From Cystobasidiomycetes sp. EMM_F5 (taxonomy: Eukaryota): a stretch of 52,126 nucleotides of DNA. The stretch lies in assembly GCA_051047955.1 (NCBI GenBank), contig JBPGPT010000059.1, positions 1 to 52,126 on the forward strand. Direction: 5' to 3'. A program made the position numbers and the translations under genes. Under the pieces are notes generated by a model. The model was not told where the DNA came from and searched no databases. It was given only the letters and a program-made list of their open reading frames with translations. Positions within the stretch are counted from its first letter, which is position 1. Each line of letters begins with the position of its first letter. This document shows positions 25,005-38,118 of the stretch, in pieces.

Positions 25005-25316
25005 GCTTGCTGTAGACGTACGTCAAACCGACTCATGCGCATGACGGTGATCTGGATCCATCAGACCGTCAAGACTGCGAAATTTCAGCTGATCAGCCTC
25101 GCTCAACGGTCTTGGACGTGCGCAATTGGGCGGAGATATTCGGCGTGTTGAAAGCTTTGTGAGGGCATTAGTGCCAAAACAGACAGTCGTTCGGCAGGGA
25201 TATGACAATAATTAATCGGGACGGAGAGACCCAAAGACATAATCTCCCCTGGGTCTGCTTTGCGATGTCCTAAAATTCCTTCGATCGTATACAACGCTCG
25301 AACACATTCAGGCTGC

Positions 25317-27259
25317 CTACTCACTTCTACAGCGCATTTGTAGCGCTTGTATCGTTTTCTTTACGAAGATAGGCGTATTGCCGTAGATGTCCAGTGACGC
25401 TCCACGAAGCTCCTCGACAGACCCGTCTGGATCTTTCCTTACCCACTTCAGCAACGCCTTTAGATCTTTTGCATCTGCAGTCCATCCCGCCTCTGTCAGA
25501 AACGCAAGACTCTTGCCGATGTGTGCCGAACTTGCAAAAAATGCTGGATCTGCTTTGCGGAGATGTTCGCGCATGCCATGAGCCGTCTTTGCCGAAGGCG
25601 TTTCGTTGCCAGCTTGAGCGTCTTGGTCCACCACTTCTGCGTTGTCTTGGGCTATAGCTAAGTCGACTAATTCCGCCGCATTCTGGTCCATGGTCTCCGC
25701 AGGAACAACGCTTCGTGGAGGAAGATCGGAAGTGGAAGCTGTATGGCGCAAAACAGGCGCAGGCCCGAGAGACAGATTTCGAGTCCTGCTAATGGCCGGT
25801 GGCATAGACTTAGACGCTCTCGTCTGTCGCGACGTTCGACGTTCGACCCCAGTGTCAACTGCATCGGGGAGGATCTGCTGCTCGTCTGGTCGGCGCTTCT
25901 TGCGTGTTTCGGCGTCTTCTGCGTCTCTTATGCTACGAGAGCGCTTGAGCGATGCGGAGACTGGCGTGTCAGGAAGTTCCGGTGCTGCACTACGTTCATC
26001 ATTCGCTAAGGGCGGGAAAGTCGAGTAGCTGTATGTCTACACACATGATCTCAATTCATGCGTGCAATGAAGGTCGTTAGGGTATTCACGGCTTACACTG
26101 GACGGGGACTCAGCCCGACGAGGATCATCTGGATGGAGTAGATTCCGTCTTAATGCTTTCGACCTCGGCTGTTCCGGAAACTCGTCTGATAGCGAAAAAG
26201 AAGTGTGTCTTCCGGCAGGCGTGACTGCGCGAATGTCGAGGGGTCGCTGACCAGTCGCAGCACGGTTGTGATGACATTCCTGTACTTCCCTCACTCCCTG
26301 TGTCTTAGGCGAATAAGCACGTTGCGCCGGCATATGAGGAGCTTGCGTTGTGTCCAGGATGGGCATGTCCGATGGATAGCGATTTGGGAATGCCTGTATC
26401 GGCATGTTGACTTTGTGAAGATCTTGCTGATGGTTGTGATGGTTCTGATGTGCTACGTTATACTGTGCCATTAACATGCGGGGACCCTCGCCTTTGGATA
26501 GCGAAGTCTTTGCGGCTTGCGGAACCGGTGTACCGAGCGACATTGAACGCGCCCTCTTCAAATCGGCATTCATCGTGTGCTTTCCGACTTGATCAGCCTT
26601 GATACTTCAATGCCCGAAGTGCGGCTGATAGCGTACGTTGTAATCTATCCCCCAATTGCCACTGTTATATACCACGCCGTACCCTCTCAGGCGCGACATT
26701 GCATTATCAAAACCGTCAAGAAGACGATAACCGCAGCCTTGCCTGCAGGTGAAGCACGCACTGACCCATCGCCGAAGATCTTGATAGAACTCTGCCAACT
26801 CGACACTGTCAAGTGGATTCATCAAGCGGCCTTTGGTGGCTGCCGGCATCGACTGGGTCGACATTTCATAGAATGTTATGATGCTGGGTACACTGATCCA
26901 GCTCGTGCTTGGAAGGTGTCCATGTAGATCAAGCCAGTGTATCGCTGCCATGGTCCGTAGCACTCTTTTCCTCTGTGACATTTGCCAGACATGGGATAGA
27001 ACGGTAGTCAGAACGTGCATCCCATCCATTGTTAAAACTCTGAATTCGAACAAACTCCGTTCAAGGCTGTGCCTTTTTTGAGTCCCTGCCCATTGTTTAC
27101 TGCCTCAACGCTCGCACGCATTCTGCTTGTAGGGCGACGGTCGTCAGAGTCCAATTCATCATCTTGGCGGAGTATGTATCTTGCGAAGTCAAGATTGAAA
27201 ACCATTTCTTGTGTAATTGTCAGCCGTTTCTGCTCGCGCTTGGAAGCGTGGGGAGTCAT
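25317..27259 (-). CDS. Uncharacterised tandem family, copy A (apparently intact, about 4 exons)
   Basis: ATG at 27259 (MTPHASKREQKRLTITQEMVFNLDFAR). In-frame GT-AG joins near 26640-26580 and 26097-26037. C-terminal MREHLRKADPAFFASSAHIGKSLAFLTEAGWT..PIFVKKTIQAL. Confidence 0.8.
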
Positions 27260-27711
27260 TGTGTGAGCAAATCTGACGAGTGCAAAGTCGACGACATCGA
27301 CGAGCCACTGCAGAAATTTTGCGAGCTGATCATGGATCTCAACGGGTTTGGAAGAAGAAGCGGCTGAAGTACGATAGTCCCGGTCAACTGGAAGCTTGCA
27401 GGTACTGATTCTGTGGGAAATGTGAAGCTGTGCAAGCAGTAGTAGCGAGCGGAAAGCGATGATGTACGTGTTTGAGCTTTCCCACAACGGTGGTCATCAC
27501 GACTCCAGAGACCCTCAAACGTTAGCACCCAGGTTCTTTCTATATCATGTCAGTCTCGCATTGGGCGGTATACATGACTTCAGCTTTGTGTCGCAACTCT
27601 GATTGTTTGCCTGCGTGAGAATCGCTCGCTTTTGCAATTGTTCGGACTTTGACATCTGGTCACGCCCACTTTACGCGTTTCAAGTGTTGACTCAAATCCA
27701 AATGACCAAAG

Positions 27712-29972
27712 ATGCGGCACAATACGCTCGAGATTCGCTGGCATGACACAAAGTATGCACGATATGCTGTAGTCACGGCTAGACTGACCAGGTTGCGTAT
27801 TTCAGACCCATCTTTACATGCGACTTTCAGCCATTCGAAGCGACGACCCTGAAGAGACAGCTTCATCCCTATCAACGCCAGACTGAGGGCAATAGTAACG
27901 ACGACGGAACGCTATGGCGTGTAGCGACAGCTGGCGGTGACAACACAGTCCGGGTGCGCACAGCAGATCCCACAATGTGCCTATTTACGAAGATGCACAA
28001 CGCTGAACTGGTCGCGACTTTGCATTCATAGATATGGCTTGTAATCCCGAATCCACCGCCCGAGACTATCTCTACACAGACAACACATGGTTCGGCAACG
28101 CGTCCTGCGCCTCAAGCCTCATCTTCGTCACAAGCAAACGCCAAGTTTGGCGTACCGAAGGTGGAATACCTTGCTACGCTCAAACTGCACAATCTTGCCG
28201 TGAATTGCGTACGGTTCTCTCCAGCTGGTATGGAAATAGCCTGTGGACAATACTTGCGGGACTCTACTCAAATTATTTGTTCCTTCTGCAGGCAATCTGC
28301 TGGCTTCCTCAGGTGATGGTAGGTTGTGTATGCATGCAATACAAATGCTGGCATGCTCACCTCTATGTCCCATGCAGACGCAGGCACAGGCGGAATCGTC
28401 ATCCACACACTTTCACAAGCAGCCCCGACAAGCCAGTACGGAAGTACTGAAGAATCAGCATACGACCGCGAAGTCTGGACCACAATCAGAATGATACGAT
28501 GTTCTTCACGCGAAGTATACGATCTCGCATGGTCGCCGGACGGCAAGTACATTCTTGCGGGCGGTACGGATGGTTGTGCCCGAATCTATCGCGTGGCGGA
28601 CGGTACGCTGGCTGCTGAGGCGAAAGACCACAAGGATTGGATCCAAGGAGTCACCTGGGATCCAAATGACAAATTTGTAGCAACTCAGAGCAAAGACAGG
28701 TGAGTCAGCAGAAAGACTCTCTGTATTCTAACTGATTGATGGTCCGATAGAACAATGAACGTATATAGCCTGGAACGACCGAGCGAGAATGAAGTCAAGC
28801 TGGAATTGATCAGTCGAAATCTGCGCTTGACCACCACGAAACCGATCTCCACTCCCGGGGCCACCGATCCGACAACCGCAACCGGCAATGCTACGTCAGG
28901 GACGGGCCAGCCACCCAATTCTGTAACATCCACTCAATTACTGTACGGAGATGAAGAGACGACTCCCTTCTTCCGCCGTTTGACATTCTCCCCAGATGGT
29001 GCCCTCCTCGTTACTCCCGCTGCCATCCACGAAGACAATGAATCCGCTGTTTCTGCCCTGTTTCCAACCGCATCAAGTTCACATGGCCGTAAAGCATCGC
29101 AAAGCTCAGATCCATCCCATTCTCGTCGATCATCCCCCGTTGAGGAGATCAAGAAAGCGCCAAACGGTGTTAATGGAAAAGAAAAGGAGAGTACACTAAA
29201 AAAGGTCAAGACTACTAGACCAACGCCTACAGTATACATGTTTGCGCGCGGTCAGCTGGCAAATGAGACTCCTATTGCTCACCTACCTGGACACAAAACT
29301 GCCAGTATCGCCACAAAGTGGAATCCAGTGCTCTGGCAACCTCGTAAATCAAGCATACAAGACAAAGGCAAAGAACGGGCAGTTGACGGTGGCGCGAATG
29401 ATGCGGACGAGATGGCTATCGATGAGCAAACAGCATCCAAGGAGGTCCGTGCGGAAACCGAAAACATGCCGACCAGCCCCTTTTCCTTACCGTATCGCAT
29501 GTTATATGCGGTAGCGACTCACGAATCTGTGATGGTGTACGATACTGCACAGACTACGCCAATTTGCTGGTTCAGTCAACTACACTTTGCGGCATTTACT
29601 GACCTTTCCTGGACGGCGGATGGCATGACACTCATGGCGACGAGCGGTGACGGTTATGCGACCATCTTTGCGTTCGACGAGGGTGAACTTGGGATCCCAT
29701 GCGAGAAGCAGCCAGTTCGGCAAGTGGCTGCTACACCTAGTCAGGATATGACACCCTCGCTTCGTCCTGCCCCTGCCCCTGTGCAGATCGACATGACCCA
29801 GTCTTCCCCTTTAGCGGGACATACGTCGCAGGGGATTAGTGCAATACACGCGGATGCCAATTTGTCGAATGGAGGACCAGCTTCCAGGAGTGGCGACGCG
29901 GAAGCCACTTCCAGCCCTGTTGGCAAGGTTAAGAAGCGGGTGCCATTGCAATACATTGGACCTTTGGCGTAA
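27712..29972 (+). CDS. CAC2: Chromatin assembly factor 1 subunit B (Cac2/p60), WD40 repeat
   Basis: MRHNTLEIRWHD, WRVATAGGDNTVR|IW, VEYLATL..H..AVNCVRFSP, EVYDLAWSPDG, HKDWIQGVTWDP, FFRRLTFSPDG, FSLPYRMLYAVAT, LHFAAFTDLSW, and a C-terminal basic KVKKRVPL motif. Confidence 0.93.
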
Positions 29973-30420
29973 ATAACATCACCGAACGGAGCATAGCAGG
30001 GGCGAGGTTGTTGGAGGAGCCGGTCCCAGATTTCAGGCTGCGCTGGCGGGGAACGTGATAACTTTCGATGGGGAAAGTGGATGCTTGCAACAGAAGCCTA
30101 AAGTCGGGCAATTTGGGTACTTCCATAGTGCTTGTAAGAGGATACCGATGCAGAGGAAAGCTATGCCCACCTTAGCAGAATTTTCAGTGTTTGTTTGGGA
30201 TGCTCCAGGCACAAAGTCGTGAAGACGAGGAATGCGGCGCGGCGAGAAGCGCACTTTGTTTGCAAATCGCAAGTTGGACTGCAGACTTGCACCAATCCAA
30301 AAGCAGGCCCTGCTCTGGACTATCAGTAGTCAACGCACATCTGCTCCATACTCTGCCGACTTCACACCTCTGCCCGCAATATCCTCCCGTTGACGGCCGT
30401 CATCAGATCCTGCAGCAAAC

Positions 30421-31852
30421 ATGCCACTATGGAATACTGACCCCGATGCACACCGAAGTGTCAGGTGAGCATTGAGCTGGTCTACAGTGGCCCGCGCTGC
30501 ATGCACATACTGATTGGGTGTGTTCTCATAGAAATCCTGGTCAGTTTGGGCTCGGTTGCGACTGTCCGGCCTCGAACGAGCTGATGTACGATTTCGACCT
30601 TGCCCATGATGCACTATAACTCCGACATGCAGCCTTCTTTGGACCCATAGTGCTCGCGACGGCCCTTGTGTACGCTGTGACATATATATTCTAGCGACTG
30701 CGATAACTGGCTGACGTGATTCTGGGACGGCAAAACAGTTGCGTCTCGTTATTCTCCGATCCTCTGTGGCAGCAGTTCCACTTGGTATGTGTACCTCGAA
30801 CGCCGAGCAGGCATTACGCTCACAACGAATGCTGTGCATTTGTACTTCGTCGCCACTACTCAGGTCGAAGCGCATGCATTGAATACTACGATGACTATCG
30901 GTGCATGGGGGGCATGCGTGAGAATAGATGTAGGTGTACCCGCAAGAAAGTCTACTATTCCTGGCGTTGATTGCCCTTTTCTTATTCAGAACACGACAAA
31001 TGTGTATGGCCCCACCTCCTTCTGCTCAAAAACCGCTCCAGGCTTCAACCTTTTCATCAACATGAACGAGACCAACCACTTTTACAATTGGGTCAGCCAC
31101 ATCCAGAAGATGATGACGGCGCTGGGCGCGGCTGACGTTATTGATTGGCAGAATACGACCCGGAACTACACGACGTCGAACGATATCCTCGGCATCAACC
31201 AGCCAATCGGTACAGTCCAGGCCATCAAAGTGGTGTCCGCATCGTCAACATATTATGGCTTCATTCATCTCATCGCTGCATTGTGCCTGGTCGCAGCAAC
31301 TGCATCGCTCATTGTGCCACCCAGATGGATTTCTGGAGGAAAGAGCAGTCTGGCAAACTTTCAACGATCCGGCATTCTGACACTCATTCTCGGAGCTATC
31401 GGATTTATCATGACGCTCGTCGCATTCGGTTGCTACTTCACTTTCGTATCCTCGACAAAATCTGCACTCAACAAAATCAACGGCATCAGCGCAGGATACA
31501 GTAATTCAAACGTCATCTGGGTGAGTCAGACATGCACAGACGATTCAGCACAGGACCATGTACTGATATATCTACTGCATGCGCTATTCAGTTCCTACTG
31601 CCTTCGGCTATCGTAATCATTCCAGCATACCTCGTCATTTTGCTCCCCGTCTACGTCAAGCCAGCAGATGACGATGATGAAAGCGCTCCAGTTAATGGAC
31701 AGCTCAACCCCCTAAATCACAATACGGGTTATGGCCAGATCGGAGCAGGTTCCAGTAGCCCGTACTCTCCGGTCGGTTATGGCAACAAAGACACCGATCC
31801 GCTGCCAGGAACACCTTACGGCAAACCATCGATGCCCTTCTCAACTCGGTAA
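30421..31852 (+). CDS. Sur7/PalI (claudin-like) tetraspan membrane protein; 5' micro-exons uncertain
   Basis: TIGAWGAC motif, extracellular Cys residues and several N-glycosylation sequons, three downstream hydrophobic helices, Pro/Gly/Tyr-rich tail. Confidence 0.7.
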
Positions 31853-32167
31853 AATTGCGCTTTGCCACAAGGACACTTTACATGAGGGCTGTTCCGCTCG
31901 GACAGTCGCTTTTTACACCCGGAACAAGCGAGAGTGCATCTCGTTAGACCCATTTGGTGCACGCCGACGGTGCGACGTCTTCTTATACGCGTCTACAACA
32001 ATCATTTTGCCATTTCTCCTGCAGTTGAGATTGCAGTTCTGTTGTAAAATGTAGACGATCCGAATACATGGTATTTGATTGCTTACGAAATTGCGATGCG
32101 GCGTTGCCCGTGCAAAAACGATGCCCAAAAGATTAACGCTTGCTACTGTCCGTATTTCTGGTACCAT

Positions 32168-33856
32168 TCAGTCCTCATCCGCGCGTGTGTCTTCGACATC
32201 TCGCCAACCAGGCTGGTGCGTGACTCGCTGCGCAACCAGTGCTACGATGGTACTGAAGCCGGCTACGAACAGCCATGCTGTCTTACCGCCACCGAAGCCT
32301 GCTTGTCGAACGCAAAGAGCGAACGTGCTGCTTCCTATCAAAGCACCTGTTTGCGAAAATCAGTCGCAATCGCAATCGATGGGTGACAAACCCGTACCAA
32401 GTCCGTGCCCTGAATTACTCATATACTCCGAGAGGGTCGCAATTCGAGCCAGGTGATGTCGTGATGGACTTCTAGAATTTAGCAACTGCGAACAGGCCGT
32501 GAAAGCCGGTGCTCCGATTTGCTGTATTATCGTGACGAACATCACACCAGCAAACAGAGTTTTCACACTCGAGCCCCGCTCTGCTGCTATACCTAGCAAA
32601 TAGTAGCAGATGGGTCCTGCCGCAAGGAGCCATACCAATACGCGCATGACGCTCTCGGGCGAGAACCGCTTGGCAAGAAAAGGATAGGCTATCGGCTGGT
32701 ATGTTGCACCAAGCAGAGGTCGTATGCTGAATATAAAAGCCATTTGCCGTGGTGTCATACCGAGACCACCGTCTTCGGTCTTCGTGTAGAAGAACAAGAC
32801 CTCCGCGCTGTAGTTGCAGAAACTGACAAACTACCCCAACAGTCAGTAGATTTCTTGTAGATATACGACGACGTGATGATAGTAACACACAACGAGCAGA
32901 AGCCACATTGCCGCCATGTACCTGACACTTGTAGTCAGGAGCGGTTGTTTGACTGCATCTTCGTCATTGGAGATACGCCGCTCTCTTTTGCGACTGCGAG
33001 AGGCTGAAGTCTCTGGCAGAACAAAGACTGTAAGGAGGAATCCGACGAGCGGTACGAGGGCAATCTTTTGTACAAAAACGCGGTCAAAATATAGCACAGT
33101 GGAAATATTTCACGACTCACAACGACTCCAGGTAAGGCGTATGGGTATCGATCAAATATTGTACCTCGCAACCACGGCCAGGTTGTGGCTGGTGTGATAA
33201 AGTACGCCCCCACAAGCGGTCTAGAGAGGACAAATCAGTCACATGCTTAACATGACGCAATTCGTGAACGCACGCAATCATTGAGCCCAGTTGCCATCCA
33301 AATCCATTCAGACTGAAAGCGATAGCCTCATGCTCTTTGGTGCTCAGCTCTGCAAACATTGTCATCACTGTGCTGGGTGTGAAGCTGACGGCAAAGCCGA
33401 CCAGCGCTCGAGATACTATGACTCCGGCCAGTGTCGAATTGAATCCGAAGCTTGCTGCACAGATGCTGCTTGCTAAGAGCGCACATAGTAAAGTCGGTTT
33501 TCGTCCAAAGTAATCGCTGGCTAGCGCTGCCGGGAAGAGTCCAATGAGAACGGCTATCGAATAGGAGGACTCGACGATGCCGACAGCGAAGCCAGTGACT
33601 GCCTTGTCTCCATCTCTGTTAAGGGATTCGAGATATGGTTGAATGAATGGGAAGATGACGGCGAAACAGCTGGGCTGCGTTAGTTTCGGGAGGCGTCAAC
33701 AGTGCGAATACGATATCCTAGCAGCAGGCGACTTGCATGAGCACCACGGCACAGAGTCAGTACCGCGAACTTGACCCAAGGGACCGCCACATTCGGACGC
33801 GCTGATGTCTGGAGCAGAGATGAGCGCTCGTTTGGCTCCGTACGCCTTTCCGACAT
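32168..33856 (-). CDS. MFS transporter (tetracycline-resistance/ZIFL-like), multi-exon
   Basis: N-terminal ERSSLL, VIFPFIQP, motif A LASDYFGRKPTLL, ELST..HEAIAFSL..GWQLGSMI, FDRYPYALPG, VLPET, GGLGMTP. Stop TGA at 32168. Confidence 0.9.
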
Positions 33857-34015
33857 GGCCAAACGTCAATGTCAATGTCAACATGGGAGGGCATTCACGA
33901 AACGCGCATCAAGCAGGTTTGGGCTTAGGCGGACTTTAGCCGAGGGTATAACAAGTAATATATGAGCAGAGCTACCACATAACGCGAATACACAGCAGTT
34001 TCCAATTTGACAAAT

Positions 34016-35135
34016 CTATTCATCGTCTTGGTTGTCGTCTTCCTCATCGTTGACCTTTGCTTTTCCCTTTGCCGCACGGGGAGCGTGTGCCTTTTTAGCT
34101 GGCTCGTCGCCATCCGTCTTCTTTGTTGCCCGCTTGGCAGCTGGCTTCTTCGCTGTCTTCCTCTTTTTAGCTGGCTTATCTTCCTCGTCCTCCTCCTCAG
34201 AGCCGGACTCGGGTTCGAGCTAGACGGGTTTAGCTGCAATCTCCCGTACTGCGTTGGGCAAAGCACAATCACCTTTTGTCCCCGAGCAGCTCTGCCAGGC
34301 TGGCTACGGCCTGTGCTCGGTTGCTCGGTCTTCTTTGCAGCTGCTTTGCCTGGCTTTCTGCCCCGTTTCGGCTTTGCAGGCTCCTCGCCGCCTTCTGCGT
34401 TGCCATTTTCCTTTTCGCCATTCTCGGCATCGCCCTCGCCAGTCTCCGACTTGTCGCCTTCCTTCTTGCCGTCTTCTGCCGCTTCTGCCTCTTTATTCTC
34501 AGCCTTATCATCCTTCGTATCGGCAGCCTTGTCAGTACCGTTGCCCTTGGACGAGTCTAGTGTCTTCAGTGGGTCGTGACCTGGGATAACGGTGCGAATT
34601 TGGACATGTCAGCTTAGACAACTCCGTTAATGCCAGTCTACCCACCCCAATTCTTCAAGCTCTTCGTGCTCTTCGTTTGCTCAAGCTCTTCCGGCGTCTT
34701 TGTCTCCTTCATCTTGTCTTCTTGCGCTAAATGACGTTTGCAGTATGCGACGACCTTTCGCATATGCTGTAGGTCCTCTTCGGTATATTTGTCTTCTGCC
34801 TTTTCGGGATTTCGCTTAAGTATATCAACAATATGGCGGCCGCTGTCGTGACCTAGGGGGCAGGGTTGAGCGGACTATGTTGCTATAGTCGTAACATAGC
34901 TTCAGCTGCATATGCTCACCGACAGTCTCGCCCTCAGCATCCCCGCTGCCGTGCCATCCAGCTCCGGTAGAATCGGACGTTTTGAGCCATTCCTCCAGCT
35001 CGTCAGCCGTCATGTTGACGTATTCTTTACACAGACACGGCAGAAACAAAGCAGTGTCAGTACAGCCCATTATGCTCCCCCGGTATCTTTGTACGCACCG
35101 TTGAAGTCGGCAATGACATCCTGCTCGGCCTTCAT
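34016..35135 (-). CDS. DUF3140-family protein with a long charged low-complexity C-terminal tail
   Basis: Spliced MKAEQDVIADFN|EYVNMTADELEEWL..ETVG|HDSGRHIVDIL..DLQHMRKVVAYCKRHLAQ..SLKNW|GHDPLK, followed by a K/E/D-rich tail containing KPKRGRKPGK. Confidence 0.8.
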
Positions 35136-35380
35136 CTCTGCACAGCGACGGAAAGACCAAAGGGGTAGATTATAGCGAGATGTGACAGAGTCCAGACAGA
35201 CTAGGGTCGTGTCGATACGTGGCTGTCTTGTCGCGGGAAGCAAGCTGCGAACGCCGTAATGCGGCCGGCCACCCGTTTCAAGAGTGCACGTGCCTCGAAC
35301 AACGGGAACGACATATTGATGTACGATTTGCCAACCTTGCTTGGCTGTGCGATGATACAACGAAAGCTGGCATACCTGTT

Positions 35381-36559
35381 TTAATGTTTATCGCTGTTGT
35401 CCATGGCTGCAACCTTTGCCCGCATGCCCTTTGCCATCTCTACCATTTCTTCCTCAGATCGGAACTTTCCGACCTGCAGACCCTTCTGGACCGCTTCACG
35501 AGCATTTATGCGGTCAACCCATCGCTTGACACCTGGCCATTCATCGAGGCTGAGATCTAGGAAGACGGGACCAGCGCGCACCCAGGTGAAGGATGCAATG
35601 TCGGCAATGGAGTACTTGTCACTGACCAACCAATCTGTATCAAGCAGAGCTAAGTAAGCCTAAAGCACCGAGGAGTCAGTGGCTGCCAATGAAACACTTA
35701 CCGTGATCTTTCAAACGGCTTTCGAGAACGGACCAGAGACGTTTGGTCTCGTCGATGTAGCGCTCAATGCCATAGTCTGACCGTGCCTTCGCCCTGTTGC
35801 GGTTGGATGGGGCTAAGATGTAGGCGGAATTCGCAGCTAATGTGACATGTACTCACATGGCTAAGAAGTGATTCGCTTGACCTTGCTGTAGACGACCGAT
35901 ACGTCAGCTAAGCACCACACGATAAGAGTCGGAGCTGACCATTGGCCCGAGACCGCCTTAAATTCATTTGACAACAGTCAACAGTTAGGTATCATGTATG
36001 TATACTTCAGCAGGCTAAGCAACATACCTTGCTGCCACATGATCCAGCTGAGACTCTCATAATATTCGTCCGTCCCATGGGCGAACGAGATCTTGTTTTG
36101 TGTGTCGTACTTGTCGGTCACTACGCAAGAATGTGAATCGGACCTCAGCAATGAGAACCAATAGTATAACACTGTTACTTACGGTAGAGCATGATTGCGC
36201 ACGTCTCAAAAACCCTCAATTCTCCGTCCTTGATAGCCGGAATCTTGCGGGGAGAAGATCCGGGATGACGGAGGTGTGCAGGAATAATCGGGAGAAGAAT
36301 ACTTAATTGAGTCGAGACTGTATGTCCTAGGAGACCCTCACTCGTCCATTTGGGTTGATCTTGAGATACCACTCTTCCTTCTGGGTGTTTTGTGATATGT
36401 TGATGACCTCTGTCTTGTAGTCAAGGGCGAGCTCTTCTAGCGTGACCGATGCCTTGAAGCCGTTCGGGGTCCCTTCAGATAACGAAGTCAGCCATTCTTC
36501 AGGCGGAATTCGGTGCGGCGCGCACCAAACGTGTAGAGCGTGATGTTTGGCTTGGACAT
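35381..36559 (-). CDS. Glutathione S-transferase, Ure2/nu-class-like (copy 1)
   Basis: [76 protein letters not shown]. Confidence 0.95.
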
Positions 36560-36999
36560 TTTGAGGTGGTTGGCGATGGCAGAAGTGCGCGATATGGAAG
36601 AAGTAGACAACAGACGCGCGCTTGCTGGTCGAAGCATACAAATGCCTTCAAAAGCAAAAGCGCAGCGTCACTGGGGCCTCTCCACTGCGTCCGGCCCGAT
36701 CGTCCGCTTTGTCATCATCCGCTCGCTATGTAAGCAGACCGAGTTGCTCCGTGACCAATCTACAAGTGCAGGGTCGGCGAACAGGATTACAAGCAAGCCT
36801 GTATCATCAGAATGCCGGGCGAGAGCGCCCGCGCGTTGTGAGATGATGCGCATGCAGGCGCGTAATGCTATGAGCCCAGAGAACGTATATGATGCTACAT
36901 ACACTCTATCCGGGCATGCGGTCCTGTCCAGAAACGGAAAATACGAATGATTCTGTGTAGCCTTACATGCAATTATGATTCGTGCTTTCGAAGACTTTC

Positions 37000-38118
37000 T
37001 CAGTGCAGATCAGAATTGCTCATCGCAGCGATCTTTGCTCGCCTGCCTGCAAACATTTGGGCCACCATAGTTTCGTTACCAGCAGCTCCGACCAGTAAGC
37101 CTTTCTTGACCTCCTCCCTCTCGCTGATACGCTGTGACCACCGCTTGATGTTAGGGTACTCTTCCAGTGTTATGCCCAGCATTGGTGGTAGTGTGCGGAC
37201 AGCTGCAAAGGACGCGATGTCTGCAATGGAATATTTGTCCTTGACCAAATATTCTGCAATCGTGTCGAGTCTCAGTCTAGGCAGCCTGCGGCGCATGCGC
37301 AGATTGAAATTTACCGCGACCTTCAAGCTGGCATTCCAGAACACGGAAGTGGTGATTCAGTTCGTCGTTAGATCTGTGGATGCTGTAGTCCGACCGTTTG
37401 GTCGCCCTGACATTGCGAGATTTACCTCATCAGCGGAATGCACCTTTCAACGACGTGCTCAAAACTCACATAGTTGTGTAATGAGCAGCCTGGCTGCCCT
37501 GTATGCGCATGTCAATCAGTCGTATTCCTGAAATGGACGGTATGCAGAGATACGCACTGACGGTCCCAGGCCGGATACTTGCCAGAACAGCCAACTCAAA
37601 GCCTGAGTATATTCGCCAGTGCCGGGTTCAAACGAAATTTTGCGATCCTTGTCGTACTTTTCGGTCACTGCGTGCATTATCTAAGTCTGAAGCTAGGCTA
37701 GACCATACGAAGGCTACCCACAATACAGCATAATGGCGCCTGATTCGAATACTCGCGTTTCGCCGTCCTGAAGTGCAGGAATCTGGGAATTGTGCTCGTC
37801 AGCGAGTGCGTGTGTGGAGTTTGGTTTATATGCTGCACCTACCCGTCCGTTAGGATTGATCCTTGTATACCACTCTTCCTTCTGCATTTGAGTCATGAGA
37901 TTAACGATGCGCGGCGTGTATTCGAGGTGCAGCTCTTCTAGCGTAATTGAGGCTTTAAAGCCGTTGGCAGTTCCTGGAAAGGGTGGAGTATCAGACGATG
38001 GAGAAGAGGACGGAATAGTAGACGTCATGGTGGAGAGAATTCGTCAATTCAGACGCCGCGTTATGTAAAGTACGAACAGCCCACCGAAGGTGTAAAGTGT
38101 GATCTCAGACTTCGACAT
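37000..38118 (-). CDS. Glutathione S-transferase, Ure2/nu-class-like (copy 2, divergent)
   Basis: [67 protein letters not shown]. The reading frame can be spliced intact. Confidence 0.92.

Noticed and set aside
25103..25324. Chromodomain-like start YTIEGILGHRK in a short ORF between copies A and B
   Set aside because: There is no downstream Y.VKW.G or TWEP motif and no ATG start. It lies in the 3' flank of copy A and is probably a chance match.
30033..30272. 79-aa minus-strand ORF with one hydrophobic segment
   Set aside because: It has a non-ATG start and no recognisable homology, and lies in the CAC2/Sur7 intergenic gap.
34007..34579. 190-aa hydrophobic plus-strand ORF that looks like a membrane protein
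   Set aside because: It is the antisense shadow of the K/E-rich DUF3140 tail on the minus strand.
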